DNA of 63,263 nucleotides, filler included, from Atractiella rhizophila (Eukaryota), in NCBI GenBank assembly GCA_021432655.1. It is 4 parts of 4 records of this genome, joined end to end, with 100 filler letters (N's around TTAATTAATTAA, not from the genome) between each part and the next. Parts side by side here need not be neighbours in the genome. Positions count along the whole stretch, not along the records: positions 1 to 19,999 come from MU271842.1; positions 20,100 to 40,063 come from MU271843.1; 2 more parts are not named here. One strand, written 5' to 3'. Positions 12,175 to 24,741 of this stretch are shown here, piece by piece. How positions within the stretch are numbered: position 1 is the first letter of the stretch; every line of letters starts with the position of its first letter. Made by a program: the position numbers and the translations under genes. The notes under the pieces are model-generated. The model was given only the letters and a program-made list of their open reading frames with translations, had not been told where the DNA came from and ran no database searches.

Positions 12175-13500
12175 TCACTTCCTGCGAGCCCATCTCATCC
12201 ACATCCAAGCACTGGTAATCAGGATGATCGGGATCTCAATCATGACGACTCTGAGAAGTCCTTTCTCGTTCAAATCCCGCCAAACGTTCCCGAACTCGTC
12301 CTCCTCCCCTTGCTCCAGCGGCCGAACAGCCAAACGCTCCGGATGTCGTTCATCTACGACGGCTAACCCTAGATAACCATTGACTGGAGGGACGAAGTAG
12401 CCGACGGAACGAATGACGGGAAGAGTGAAATATGGAAACGGGACCGGGAGGGAGATACCTGTATGTGGAAGGGAAATGACCAAAATGCGCCTCGCCAACT
12501 CTCGCTCAGAAGAATGCTCGGAGAATCCAACCGATGCCTCAACTGCAAATGTCCCCGTCCGTGGAGTCTCCAAGATCTCGTCCTCTCTCTCATCATCGGC
12601 ATCCGCGAAGTGCATGCCCGTCGGTGTCTTCCCTTCTTCGCTCTCCGTGTCGATGTCGCTCCCTCGAACCTTCCGATCGTCGTCGTCGAGCTCCACCTCA
12701 ACACTAGCTACAACCGTCGGTTTAATGACGATGGCAGCAGGGAGCGAGAAGGAGACACTGCGCCTTGATTGTGGGCGGGGGCGAACTGGCGAGGAGCTGT
12801 CTTTCAGAATCGTTCGGGGAGGAGACGATGCCCGCGGAGGAGTGGGAGGTATGATGGGTGGGGGAGAAGTCGGTCGTTGTAATGGCGACAAAGGTTGGGG
12901 AGAAGACGCTAGATCTGAATCATAATCTGCGCCGTTGACAAGGGGATGACGATCCAATTGTCCAGCAATTGGTTCGTCCAGTTCCATCGACGGAGATTCT
13001 GCAAGGGTGCTCAACGTCTTTGTCAGTTCCACTCCTGCTATTGGACCCTCAGACAGAGACGTAAGCAACTGATTCGCAGTCACGTCCTGTGCAGGTTTCG
13101 CAGGCTCAGACACCGTCCTCCAGAGGACAGACGATCCCTCCCCAACAGCCGAAATGCCAGAGACAGTCGCTTCTCCCTTCCTGAAGTGAGGTATCCACAT
13201 TCCCTTTTGGGAAGAACTCGAATTCGAAGACGAGTACGACTGTTGACTAAGTTTGCGTGGTCGAGTTGTGAGCTTGTTTTCATCGTCCGGTATAAAGGTG
13301 ATGCTGCTAGCACTCTTCTGCTTTTTCAATTCCGCTGGGAATGGAAGTCCTTCAACGGACGGAAACCCCACAGGCGGCACAGCAATTGAATGTCGATTAA
13401 GATGCGACATTAAGGAGCTCTTCAGCTGCGAAGGAGTTGAACGCCTTGATGTCGTGGACCCAGTAGAAAGAGGAGGGGAGACAAGCGCTGAATCTGACAT
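12175..13500 (-). CDS. Hypothetical Ser/Pro-rich protein with C-terminal hydrophobic (tail-anchor-like) segment
   Basis: Uninterrupted 441-aa ORF, low complexity, ending VVMIEIPIILITSAWMWMRWARRK. Confidence 0.65.
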   Translation of the reverse strand: MSDSALVSPPLSTGSTTSRRSTPSQLKSSLMSHLNRHSIAVPPVGFPSVEGLPFPAELKKQKSASSITFIPDDENKLTTRPRKLSQQSYSSSNSSSSQKGMWIPHFRKGEATVSGISAVGEGSSVLWRTVSEPAKPAQDVTANQLLTSLSEGPIAGVELTKTLSTLAESPSMELDEPIAGQLDRHPLVNGADYDSDLASSPQPLSPLQRPTSPPPIIPPTPPRASSPPRTILKDSSSPVRPRPQSRRSVSFSLPAAIVIKPTVVASVEVELDDDDRKVRGSDIDTESEEGKTPTGMHFADADDEREDEILETPRTGTFAVEASVGFSEHSSERELARRILVISLPHTGISLPVPFPYFTLPVIRSVGYFVPPVNGYLGLAVVDERHPERLAVRPLEQGEEDEFGNVWRDLNEKGLLRVVMIEIPIILITSAWMWMRWARRK

Positions 13501-15380
13501 TGTAACTGAGACAGATGGTAACGAATGTCGTACAGAACGTCTGGGATAAAGACGTTCGGGTATTGGTGATGTCGATCGTGGAGGTGTCGTAGAAGGAAAG
13601 TCAATCGTATGCTGTGAGCTGTTCTCGACGAGATCAAGTCAGCAGGAGTCGAACAGTGCAGTCTGGGCCGGATAGAATGCATTATAGAGTTTAGTATAGA
13701 GAACGTTGCCTTCAATCAAACTGTAGGTGCAAGAGTATCGACCCATACAGGATACGGAGAGATGGCAGCTCTTCTTTCAGCTACACGGTTAGATACTCTA
13801 TCCCTCACTGACCAATCAGGCCAGCACAGCGTATGGCAAAGCCTGATGTAGACAATGAGGATAATTGGCGATCCTGAGTCTGGCTTGAGATGTTAGGCAC
13901 CTTTCTCCTTATTTTGTCTACCTCTAACACTACATCTCACGTTCCTAACCTTGATTGCTCTCGCACATCATAAATGCGGGTGACAAAACCGAATTAGCCC
14001 CTGTTTCTAACGGCGTGTGTGCTATTAGACATGCACACGCAAGAAACGTCTCGACTAGCTTGGAGAGACGGTAGACGAGGAGACAACAGGACACATCTTT
14101 CAGTCATGCAACCAAGAATAAACCGGTGCTGTCGTCTGTCAACATCTACGACAGAACATGTCTCCTCTCTCTGTCTCTCATCGACGTCAAGCTACAAACG
14201 CCATCCACGACAGAATTATTCTAGTGAGGGAAGTCACACCTGTCGCCCAGTTGCACTATTGGATCTGCCACCTTTCCTCTCCCGTCCTTCTCCTTCGACC
14301 TGCTACTCGCACCAAACAGCGCAGATCCCGGAAGACTGCTACTGAATGAGCGCTTTCCCCTCATTTTCTCCTTCTCGGACGGCGACTGTCGACGCTGGGC
14401 GATGGCGGAGGACATGCTGGTGATTTCAGGGAGAGTACAATTATTTTACAAGTTGCTCGTGAGAAAGAGATACAGAAAGCTGCCCTGCTTGCTGTTGTGT
14501 TGTGTGGTCGAATAATATATCTATTATCTTTCCTGTACGTACAATTCGTCCATCACGTGCGTTCATAATAGAACCACCTTAAAAGTTCTGAAGATGCAAC
14601 GGGATATTTCCTGGATTGCACGCTGGTCCATTAGTTCCTTCCCGTTAGGAGAAGACTTTCCACTTTCCTGCACGGCTTACACACTTCAATATACTACCTC
14701 CGTAGATATTGTAATTTAAATGGTCAAGGAATGCTTAATAGAATCATAGAGAGCACGAGTGTCCGATCAATCAGTGCAGCTTGCTGCTCTCCTGCCATGT
14801 GAGAGCTGTCCCAAAGGTGACTGCTCACTATTCAGACTACCTAGTCTTCATATCATTTCCACCTGTCAATCCACCTGAAGTCCACTTTCTTGGCACCGTC
14901 AGAGTACTTTCTCGAGTGGACAGATGCTCATCTGGAAAGAATGTTCAGACCTTTGGTTCCAGTGACCATTGCCTTACAAGGTAGTTTCACGACAATCACC
15001 TTTCAAGTAGAGATCCATTCAGACCATTCCTACACTGAACCACATACACAACCAAACGCGACTAATTCGGTCGCTTGCCCGAAATCATTTGATGCCACTG
15101 CTGCCCTTCCACCTTATTGATGTATAATCTTTTCCCCATGCCCACCGATCCGAGCATTTCTTCATTCTCCTGCCCTCGTTGTTAACTTGAAAGTGAACTT
15201 GCCCTTCAGGCTTCTGGCGAAAGGCGCGTGACTCGCATTCCACAAACCATCAGCGGGCAAACGACCAACAGTCCTGGGGTCTCGGCATTTGACGCTTTCC
15301 TTTCAGGCAGGATACTCTTATAAGAAGCAGAAAGAAAGGCAGGTTGGTGAACATTAAGGACTGTGGAATAAAGCAGCAAG

Positions 15381-16656
15381 ATGTCAAATACCTACATTCA
15401 ACTTGAGAAGTTAGGAGAGGGAACTTATGCCACCGTTCACAAGGTACGCTCTTTTTCGGCGATCGAAGAAGTTTCGACAATAGGGATCAGGGGAGGAACA
15501 GGAATGATGGTTCTATCGTTGCTCTGAAAGGTGTGTTTATCGCCTTTCGATGAGGACAGAATCTAATGGAGAAGAATGCAGAGATTCACCTCGATTCCGA
15601 GGAGGGAACGCCGTCAACTGCCATCCGCGAGATTTCCTTGATGAAGGAGCTGAAACATCCGAATATAGTCCGCCTCTACGATGTAATTCACAACGAGCAA
15701 CGCCTCATGCTCGTATTCGAATACATGGACTTGGATCTAAAGAAATACATGGACGCGAACGGCGACCGTGGCGCGCTGGAACCTGGAATTGTCCGCTCTT
15801 TCACCTTCCAGCTACTCAGAGGGACCGCGTTCTGTCACGAGAATCGCGTCCTCCACCGCGACTTGAAGCCCCAGAATCTCCTCATCAACAAACGAGGCGA
15901 CCTGAAGTTGGCGGATTTTGGACTGGCGAGAGCATTTGGAATTCCAGTTAACACGTTTTCCAATGAGGTCGTCACGTTGTGGTATCGTGCCCCAGACGTT
16001 CTCTTAGGCAGTCGAACCTATACTACCAGCATAGATGTCTGGAGCGCAGGTTGCATTATGGCGGAGATGATTTCGGGAGTGCCGCTGTTCAGGGGGAGGG
16101 ATAACAATGATCAGCTCAATCAGATCCTCCGTATTCTCGGAACACCTGACGATAATACCCTTCGTCGCGTCACCCAAGAATGCGTAAGTGATTGACTCTT
16201 CAGCCCTCCATCAAAGAATGTCTGCTGATGGGACGGAACAGCCAGAAATATCCTTACGTCCCTTCCCACGTACCACCAAAATTCCCTATCAGCAGGTGCT
16301 CCCTCGTGCCCATCCTCTCGCCATCGATCTCCTTGACAAACTCCTCCAATTTGACCCATCCCGCCGCCTAACGTGCGAGGAGGCACTTCGACATCCCTAC
16401 ATTACTGCCCAGTCTCCGCCTACAAACAATTCTCAGCAGCAGGGACAGCAGGGACAGCAGCAGCAGCAGCAGATGAATCCCCAGCAGCAGGCACAGTATC
16501 AGGTGAGGCAGCAACAGCTCCAGGCTCAGGCATGCTTTCTCGCGTCACATCATGTCGAGAGACGTGAAAGCTGACGAAGTTGAGGAACAGGCCCACGCCC
16601 AAAGGCAACAACAACAACAGCAGCAGGGATACTATGGCGGTTATCCTCAGGCGTGA
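15381..16656 (+). CDS. PHO85: Cyclin-dependent kinase Pho85 with Gln-rich tail
   Basis: [85 protein letters not shown] (Pho85-type activation loop). Four short introns, the last one GC-AG. Confidence 0.96.
16434..16626 (+). repeat. CAG/CAA microsatellite encoding poly-Gln tail of Pho85
   Basis: Runs of cag and caa codons on both sides of the final intron. Confidence 0.8.
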
Positions 16657-17301
16657 TCCCCGTCTTGTTCCCTTCCAGCACTTTCCTTGCCTACGATTCC
16701 TTCGACGATCGTTTCAACGGACAACATGCACACCACCAACCTCCTAATCAGTCTCATCCCAACGTACTTTAGTCTTGTTGTGAAATGTTCTTACAATGTG
16801 TTCGTGAACGAATTTGGTCAGCATGTTGTTTGCATATTCTCAGTCAATAAATAATCCAATCCAAATCGGCAATGCCACCTTCTGTTGTCCCATTTTCCGA
16901 GACTCTTGCCTGCGAATCTCAAAAACGTTGATATTATGTTCATCTTGGAAGAGGAAGAGATTGTGTCTCCGTCAAACGAATGATTTGGGGATTTCGTACA
17001 TAGACACGGCCGCATTCATCTTCATTAGGCCGAGGTGTGGGCGACTAGCAGGCTAGTTACGTTGTCCGGCAAAGAGGTGCTGAATAAACAGAACAACGCC
17101 GTGCTCCTCAAATACATAACTTTACTGTGCTGTTCGCGGTTAACAGCGCACTACCTTCTTCAAGCGTTGGCGTAGCAAACCCCGCCGCAGGACTCTTCGC
17201 TGATTGCCCATAAATACCCTCGAGAGTCCTCAATAAGCAGAGAGGACCGAAGTGGTTCCACGCAACAACTTGTACTCTTGCAGCCTGTTAGAACTTGACA
17301 T

Positions 17302-19474
17302 ATGACGAGAGGGGCTTCGTACACGAATGGCGTCTACACCAGCAGCATCTTCCAACCACTTGCTGACATTCCAGATTGCAACGTCTACAACTTCGTTTTT
17401 GATTACCATTGTCCCCTCCGGCCCTTGCACGACACGGCCACGCCGCTCCTTCGCAACTATGAGACAACGGAATGGCAGTCGAAGGAAGACTTGAAGAAGC
17501 GGACTGACAGCTTTGCAAGGTTGTTTGTGAAGGACTACACAGTGGGAGAAGATGAGGTCGTGTTTGTGTATGCAGAAAATAGTGTGCGGTCTTACAAACG
17601 ACTTGCGAGCGAAAAGCTGATGTGCGCTGACAGATTGACTATGGTGCGGTTGTCTGGGGTACCCATCGAATCAACGCCATTTTATCTCCTGCCAATCCCT
17701 CTCTCAGTGTGTACCATACTTCCTTTTGATGAAGCTTACCCTGAGTGATAGCACCTACGGAGCTATCAACACTCCTGAAGCTAGTCTTGAAGCACTACAA
17801 AGTCAAATGTATGGTTGTCACCCCTTCCTCCCTTGCATCTGCGCGTCAATCCCTCAAACTCGCGGGACTGAATGAAAGGACGCTGCTCCTTCTCGATGAT
17901 GATCTGAATCGCAAATTGGAATACAGTCAATCAACACCCCTACCGCCGATCCTCAACTTGAAGAAAGGCGGATGGAGCCGCAAGGTGGCATTCTTAGCTT
18001 TCTCAAGCGGGACAACAGGTTCGCTTTCTACCTAAGCGGAACTTGAATCTAAAGGAATGTTTAACAGGTCTCCCGAAAGTGGTAGTCATCCCACACACAG
18101 CTGTCAACGCAAACGTCCTACAAGTTCGACAATCCTTGAGAAGCTTTGATCCCACAAAGCACGTTATCTTGGGAGCGATACCGTTCTACCACGCGTGTGG
18201 CTCTTTCTTTCATCTGAAGCGAAAGATGTTGATGCTGGAATGCAGATTCGCCATGGTGATGCTGTTACACCATTGCGTCTTCATAGGCATGCCAGTACGC
18301 CTCAATTTATGTACCCTACAGGGATTTTTAACGGATGCGTTAGATAATTGTGCTCCCAAGGTTCAACTTTGAGCATATGCTGGACGCCATTCAGAAATAC
18401 CAAGTCACCCATGCTTTCCTCGTCCCTCCACAACTTGTACTATTAGCCAAGCATCCTCTTGTCTCCAACTACGACCTCTCCTCTCTGCACACGATCCTCT
18501 GCGGCGCGGCTCCAGTCAGCAAAGCTGTAGCGGAACAATTTAAAATCAGACTACCTCACGCAGAGGTGTACATCGGTCTAGGCACTACGGAAACATTTTG
18601 GTATGCTATCTCTCTCTGCTCTCTCCCCTCCTCGATTCATGGCTGAGAAAAGCGAAAGCTACGTTTCAGGAGCGGATCTATCGACCAGTCCACCACCAAA
18701 ATCGAACCTCAACAGCGTGGGACACATTGTTCCTTCGATGAAAATAAAAATCGTTGACCCAGAGACCAAACGGCTCTGTCCGCCCGGCGAGCGAGGCGAA
18801 ATCTGCATTCTTTCGCCTTCCAATGCTCTAGGGTATTTAGGGAATGACGAGGCAACAAAGAGCACGTTCGACGCTGATGGATATGTGCATACGGGAGACG
18901 AAGGTTATTTTGGAAAGCGCGATGGCGAGCTCTACATCACTGATCGAATAAAGGAGTTGATCAAGACGAAGGTGCACCTCTCTTTCCTTTTCGTTTTTTG
19001 GGTTTGAAGATGTCTTGCAGGGTAACCAGGTCGCGCCTGCTGGTTAGTCTTGTCCCTCTCAGTTTCTCTGTTAGACGCTTGACCCAGGGTTTAGAGCTTG
19101 AGGGACACATATTGGATCACGAAGCAGTTGCCGATGTCTGTGTAATCGGAATACCAGACGAATATGCAGGCGAGCTACCACGTGGTGCGTCGTCTGACAC
19201 TCTCCACCGCTTATAACATCTCTAACATCGAACTCAAACAGCCTATGTCGTTCTCTCTCCCGCGGCACAGCAATTAGCCGCATCTTCGCTATCAAAAGCA
19301 GAAGAGCTCAAGCAATCGGTACAGAAATTTGTCGCGTCACGTTTAATTCGTTATAAGTGGTTGGATGGGGGAGTGGAGTTTATAGACACCATCCCGAAGA
19401 CTCCGAGCGGTAAGATTCAAAGACGTTACCTGAGAGAGAAAGCCAAGAAAGATGGATTAAAGGCGAAGCTTTGA
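17302..19474 (+). CDS. Peroxisomal acyl-CoA synthetase, 4-coumarate/phenylacetate-CoA ligase-like (ANL superfamily)
   Basis: FSSGTTG/LPK AMP-binding motif, PFYHA, CGAAP, GLGTTET, GYVHTGDEGY, DRIKELIK, PKTPSGKI; C-terminal -AKL* is a PTS1 signal. Confidence 0.92.
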
Positions 19475-19798
19475 GCTATCGGTGCTTGCAATTTAGCAGC
19501 GTGTGTCATTCATGAGTAGCATCCACCTTGTAACTTGTCTTCCAGAGTCATTCGCAGTCATAAGAAGGAAAGGAAGTCAAAATCAGCTTAGAACATGTCT
19601 TACATCCAGTCTTTCAGTTCGTCATGAGACCTTGCAATTGTCAAGCTACAACAGAAGAAGAGCCCTTCACATCAATTTAGGGTGCTGTTATTTTTATTAT
19701 GAGCATTCGAAAACGTCCAGACCGAATGGAGGAGCGTGCACCCCGGCACATAGATTGAACAATCAGATCGAGGGAAGCGCACAACCTCCACTCTTTTA

Positions 19799-19999
19799 TC
19801 ACTCGGTTTTACCTTCTTTCACCTCCGGCTTTCTTCCATAAACCACAAACCAGGCCGTCCTGCCCACAAACAGCGCGGTGGTCACACCGACATTACCCCA
19901 AACCAGCTGGTTCCACCGCCTCCAGTCCTTCGTTCCCTCCAAACCCAGGTCATAAAAAGTCAGACCAATATGTATCACATCCGAAATGGCCAGGATAGC
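19799..19999 (-). CDS. 3' fragment of a small fungal multi-pass membrane protein of unknown function (cut by contig end)
   Basis: Open frame from the contig edge: AILAISDVIHIGLTFYDLG...WNQLVWGNVGVTTALFVGRTAWFVVYG...*. Not in the ORF track because it has no start codon. Confidence 0.6.
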   Translation of the reverse strand, partial: AILAISDVIHIGLTFYDLGLEGTKDWRRWNQLVWGNVGVTTALFVGRTAWFVVYGRKPEVKEGKTE

Positions 20000-20099
20000 N
20001 NNNNNNNNNNNNNNNNNNNNNNNNNNNNNNNNNNNNNNNNNNNTTAATTAATTAANNNNNNNNNNNNNNNNNNNNNNNNNNNNNNNNNNNNNNNNNNNN
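20000..20099. other. Artificial contig linker
   Basis: N44-TTAATTAATTAA-N44, which has stops in all six frames. Confidence 0.98.
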
Positions 20100-22310
20100 G
20101 TCTTGATCTCTTCAGAATAAACCTGGTAGTTGTCCCAGCCATCGCATGATCTGTCGCAAAGCGATTAGTCTCGGAACCTTTAATAATCAAAAGCGATACG
20201 AACCCTTGACGAACAGAAGAAGGCGATGACGAGAGCGTAGCTTCGTAGCGAGTGCCCTGTCCTACATTATTGATGTATTTACCGCAGTCATTGATGGCAA
20301 GGGACATCTCTCCCACAAAGCCGAAGCCGAAACGGGTGAAAGTATCGTTGTAGAGATTTCCCCAAGTGACCTGTGACGAAATCATTGAACCAGAGCCAGC
20401 GTTAAGGAGGAGCACATACGCAAGGAAGGTTAGCGTACTGCTCCAATGTGAGGTTCTGGTTAATGATGTCTGGGGTAAACTATTCGCTTCTCTCAATAGG
20501 CATCAACATTGAGAAGAGAAGGCTTACAGCAAAATAAGGGTGATGGTCCAAGAAAACTCTGTCACCACCGTCCAGGAAGCCAAACCAATCATCTTGTCCC
20601 ACGAAGCCGCGATCGATAACATAGGCAGGCCCATTTCCAGCGCCAAACCCCGTAATATCTCTAACCATCTTATATGTCGACAAGTGAAACTGCTTCATGA
20701 CCTGGGTGCCAATCATGTCTGCCTTCGGTTCATTGAGAACCGAGAAGATTGGGATAAGTTGCTGTTCCATTTTTACCTTCAGCTGAGCTACGTGAAGATC
20801 GCTAGGACGTACGGTGTATTGCGGCTGTGAGACGAATTCGGTGAGCGTTCGGATGTAACTTTGAGTTCTATAGTTTGCCTATCAGCTGCCTCCCCTTGCC
20901 CTTCCAGAGATACGCGCCGTTGGGCATTAGCAATTCCCTAGTCAAAATACCTCAGTATTTGCGAAATCATGATAGACCAATAGCGCACCATAACACCCAT
21001 CAAGAAGTTGACATTCCCCAACTGCAATATGATCTAAGCAAACTTGTGACGAAAACCTAAAACACACACCCTTCCAGAATGATTGTTTCCGTTTTGTGAG
21101 CCTACTCTCGCCATTACTCCTCCGTATTGAATGACAGCAATAGGTCTTACCAGGGACTGCGTGGAGGTCAAGGTTAACGCGAATGCCGTACTTTCTGCAC
21201 CACTCAAAACCCTTCAAAACATCTATACAATTTTCATCAGTGGGGACTTGCAAGGGGAGAAGAAAACACAAACATTTCCATCCGACGCGTTCGAGGAATG
21301 GCTCTCCGTCCCAAGTCTCGATAACCCACCAAGGGATAGGAATCCGAACCCAATTGAGCCCAGCAGCCGCGATGTCAGCGATGTCCTTCTCGGTCTAAGA
21401 TAGGGAAACGATGGTAAGTAGCAATGCTCAGTCTGGAAGAAAAAGGCGCACAATAAACGTGTTGTAATGTTCCTCGATTACCTGTGCTTTCCTCTCTCCC
21501 AGAATTGTGGACAGGGTCCATTCGTCCACTGCTGCAGGATTGGAGTTTTCGTAAGGCTCAAAAAGGCCAGGAACAATGAAGGGTTCGATATTTATCCATC
21601 CTGTCCCAAAATGAACCTTTGTTCCTCCTCAAGGAATTTGTGACTAAGCATACCGCCAAGTCCCTGCGCGATACTTGCCTCAGTATGGCATAGGAAAAGG
21701 TAGAGGGAAAAGTACCAAGTCTCATTGAGCGCAGGGACATCAGCTTGAGCCCTGGCGGTGTTGGAGAAGGGGACTGCGTCCCAAGTTCCGCCGTAGTTAT
21801 TGACGTAAACAAAACTCGATCCATCGTCCATGATCATTTCAGAGTTATCCGTTCCTGTTCCTCTCCAAGCTCCCGATTTTACAGAAGGATTCGTGGCTGC
21901 AAAAGTGCTTGAGGTACCATTCCCGCTGCTCCCCCCGTGCCCGTTGTTTCCTCCGCTTCCTTCGTTGCTGGAGCCTGAGTTATTCTTCGACGAAGACTTG
22001 TTGTTGTTCGATACGACTGTGCGCCTTCATCAGCGATATGTCAGATACAAGGAAAAAGGAGTCGCGAACCAATGCCCACGGGAATAGCGACTGCAGCAGC
22101 CACGACAAGGAGGACTCCAGCGATAATCCAGAGTTTCTTGTTGCTCTTTCGCGCCACGTTCTGACCAGTGACTAGTCCCGTCTCTTCCTTGCCTTGTGAG
22201 TTGTATAACTTCATACCCGTCGTGCTTCCCCCTCCTGGACCCCCTCCGTACGTGGAGTCGCCTGGAGTAGACGGGTTGTAGTGTAGCGGCTGAGATTCGT
22301 GCGCTGACAT
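20100..22310 (-). CDS. Membrane-anchored GH5 exo-beta-1,3-glucanase-like protein, 3' end cut by linker
   Basis: N-terminal TM (LWIIAGVLLVVAAAVAIPVG), EPFIVP, VDEWTLS, IAAAGLNWVRIPI, NLDLHAVPGSQNGNNHSG, VLNEP (acid/base), LDHHPYFA, FVGEMSLAINDCG (nucleophile). Confidence 0.9.
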
Positions 22311-23128
22311 TTGGTGTAACTGAGATGTTGGAGGTATTAAAGAGTGAAAAACCTATGAAGTAGATGAAAAATTCGAAAAGGAGCACCAGAAGACGATGGT
22401 CGTCCTTCTTGGAATCAACAGTCGGGATTTAGGGTTCCACACGCACGCCTTGGCAAGGCTGTACGTTGATGTTCGTTCCTTCATTCAGAGTTCATTATTG
22501 GGCCAGGGCAAACCTCGAAAGCTAGAAAGCAATCTATGTTACCCGCGCAAACATCGCGACAGTGTTGCAAGCACTCTTGAATACGTTGGCGTTCCCAAAC
22601 AAAATCCGCGCCCGCAAAGCTTTCTTCCTGTGGGCTAGTGGGGTACTTGGTTGGAGAATTGGCCATTATTTGAGCCATAGTGGAAAGAAAGATGGTTGCC
22701 CCAGAGGTGAGTTCAGCTCTCTGGATCGACTGTTCATTTGCAATAACAATTTCATCTCAAGCGCAGTTTGCATTGTTGTCCCATCTATCAGGATTCACTA
22801 CAAATTGCCTCTTGTGGCTTTGGCAAAGGCTTAAAAGAGTCAACCGTCTCTTCTTTTATTCATCAATGATACCAGCTAAAATTGCTTTCCACCTTTATTG
22901 AGACTTATGACATTATTTGTGAACAGAGGGAATCAGCAACTTCGTAGAGCCCTCAATCGAAAGTTATGTCTTTTAGATCAAGCAATCTCCCAGCGATATG
23001 AAGCCGGTCAAGTTTTGTATTTGTGGCCTGCTGGAGAACATCACTTTGCAGCTGAGTCCAATGATTCGGGACCCTATGAACTGAACATAGTACATCTAGA
23101 GCTAGGGAAGCTATTGTCAAGATTTGCA

Positions 23129-24546
23129 ATGCCACTTCGTTACTCACAGTCGTTCCTTTTCGAACGAACAAGAGGTCCTGACGAGCCGGGATTCGCACCT
23201 GTTGCAAATGGCCATAAATGAAGAATACTGATATATTGCTTAATGTAGGCACCACTTACCGCGAAATTATCATGGAATTCGATACCTGCAGAGATTCTAG
23301 ACCAGATACTGGAGGAATTTATACTGTTACCAACCGACAAACTAGCTCCCGCGACAGACTCCTCATTCGGGAGAGGAGCCGTCTTAAACAACCTTCTACA
23401 AACGCACTTCGTTTCGTTGTCCCTCGTGTGTGTACATGTTTCCTACGTTATATTGTCAGCTTTGAAGCAACATATAGATCCACATTTTGGACAAGCCGCG
23501 TTCGAAAAATAGCCTTCCACTCAATTATAATTGATCTGCGTGCGAACGGGGTGCAAAAACTTACATATCCCTCAATATCCGTGTTCAACTCCGCACTTCA
23601 GAGATATTCCTGGTTGAGAAGCTGTATAGCTCAAGTCCACCTCATTTTCGAATCGTCAGCCTCTCCGTCAGTCTTTGCTCTAGTCCAACCGTGCTTGTCA
23701 CGTTTGCCTGGGCTCCTAGAAGTCTGTCTGGAGTGCATCTGGAGTGGCAGAGGGCACACATTGAGTTCGAACGATTGCTTATCAACCTTGGACGGTTTGA
23801 AACTCCAGGGGATTCGACTCCATGGTGGTCAGACCTATTTGATGGAAGCTCTTACTACGCTCCTCATATCGCAGCCAACCATCAATCTGGTTGAACTGAA
23901 CTACGTTACCCTATCGTCGTCATCAAATCCCCCAACTGCTGGCGAACAAGTCGATTTGTCAGCTCCTTTGGACGGTCTCCGGACCTTAGAGCTCTATGGA
24001 ATAGCTGACACAGCGGTGTCACTCCTGCTTTCGTGGGCAAACAACGTCCAGACACTACGCTTAAGGACGAGAGACTCTCTTCAACTACCTAACGGTTTGG
24101 TTTTCCCTCACATGAAATCCTTGGATATTTTTTTCCTCAAAGAGGGTCGTTCGGGTTCGATGGCGCATGAGAAGCCAGCAAATACTCTAGTTTCTCGTTG
24201 TCCCAACTTGACATCACTTGTCGTCGGTGGAGATGGTTGGGATGGTGGTCTCTTCCAAAAATTACCTCAAGGACTACAAACTATTCAATTGAAAGTGTCG
24301 AGAAGGCAAAGAGACGTGATAACGCCGTCCATCATCCGAGAGACCTTTATTACTAGTGATTTCCAGAAGAATAAGTTTCTGCCTATGCTAGATTGTTTGG
24401 CGATAACCGCGATGATAACCAGCTTTCCACAGGCAGTCCATGGGACGAAACCCGTTCATGTATGGGTGCTTGAACAGGAAGGACTCAAAAGGGATTTACT
24501 GGAATGCGGTAGGAAGTGGAGGAAATGTATAGTATCTGTTCTTTAG
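23129..24546 (+). CDS. F-box protein with C-terminal LRR/RNI-like region (start uncertain)
   Basis: A frame different from the listed ORF reads WNSIPAEILDQILEEF...HFVSLSLV. A GTGTGT...TAG intron (~23428-23478) joins it to STFWTSRVRKIAFHSIII and Leu-rich repeats (LRTLELYG, CPNLTSLVV). Confidence 0.65.
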
Positions 24547-24741
24547 CACATTCGTAAATGGAGCTCGAGAGTCATTTTGAGGGCCAAACTGCCAGCTGTC
24601 TACATTCTGAGCAAACGAAGTTCATTTTCACAAGTTCATTTCCAAGACAAAGCGGACACAATACAACAAGCATCTCGAAGAGATACAATATTCACAAGTG
24701 TAGCAGCACAATAACATTTATCCCAAATATAAGCATACTGA

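Noticed and set aside
12369..13549. Multiple overlapping antisense and alternate-frame ORFs, also over IML2 and AVO1
   Set aside because: Shadow ORFs of long real exons, without motifs.
20044..20055. TTAATTAATTAA palindrome repeated three times
   Set aside because: Synthetic linker embedded in N runs.
17302..22310. Apparent cluster of acyl-CoA ligase with GH5 and a membrane protein
   Set aside because: The GH5 gene is on another contig across the artificial linker, and no secondary-metabolite backbone gene is present.
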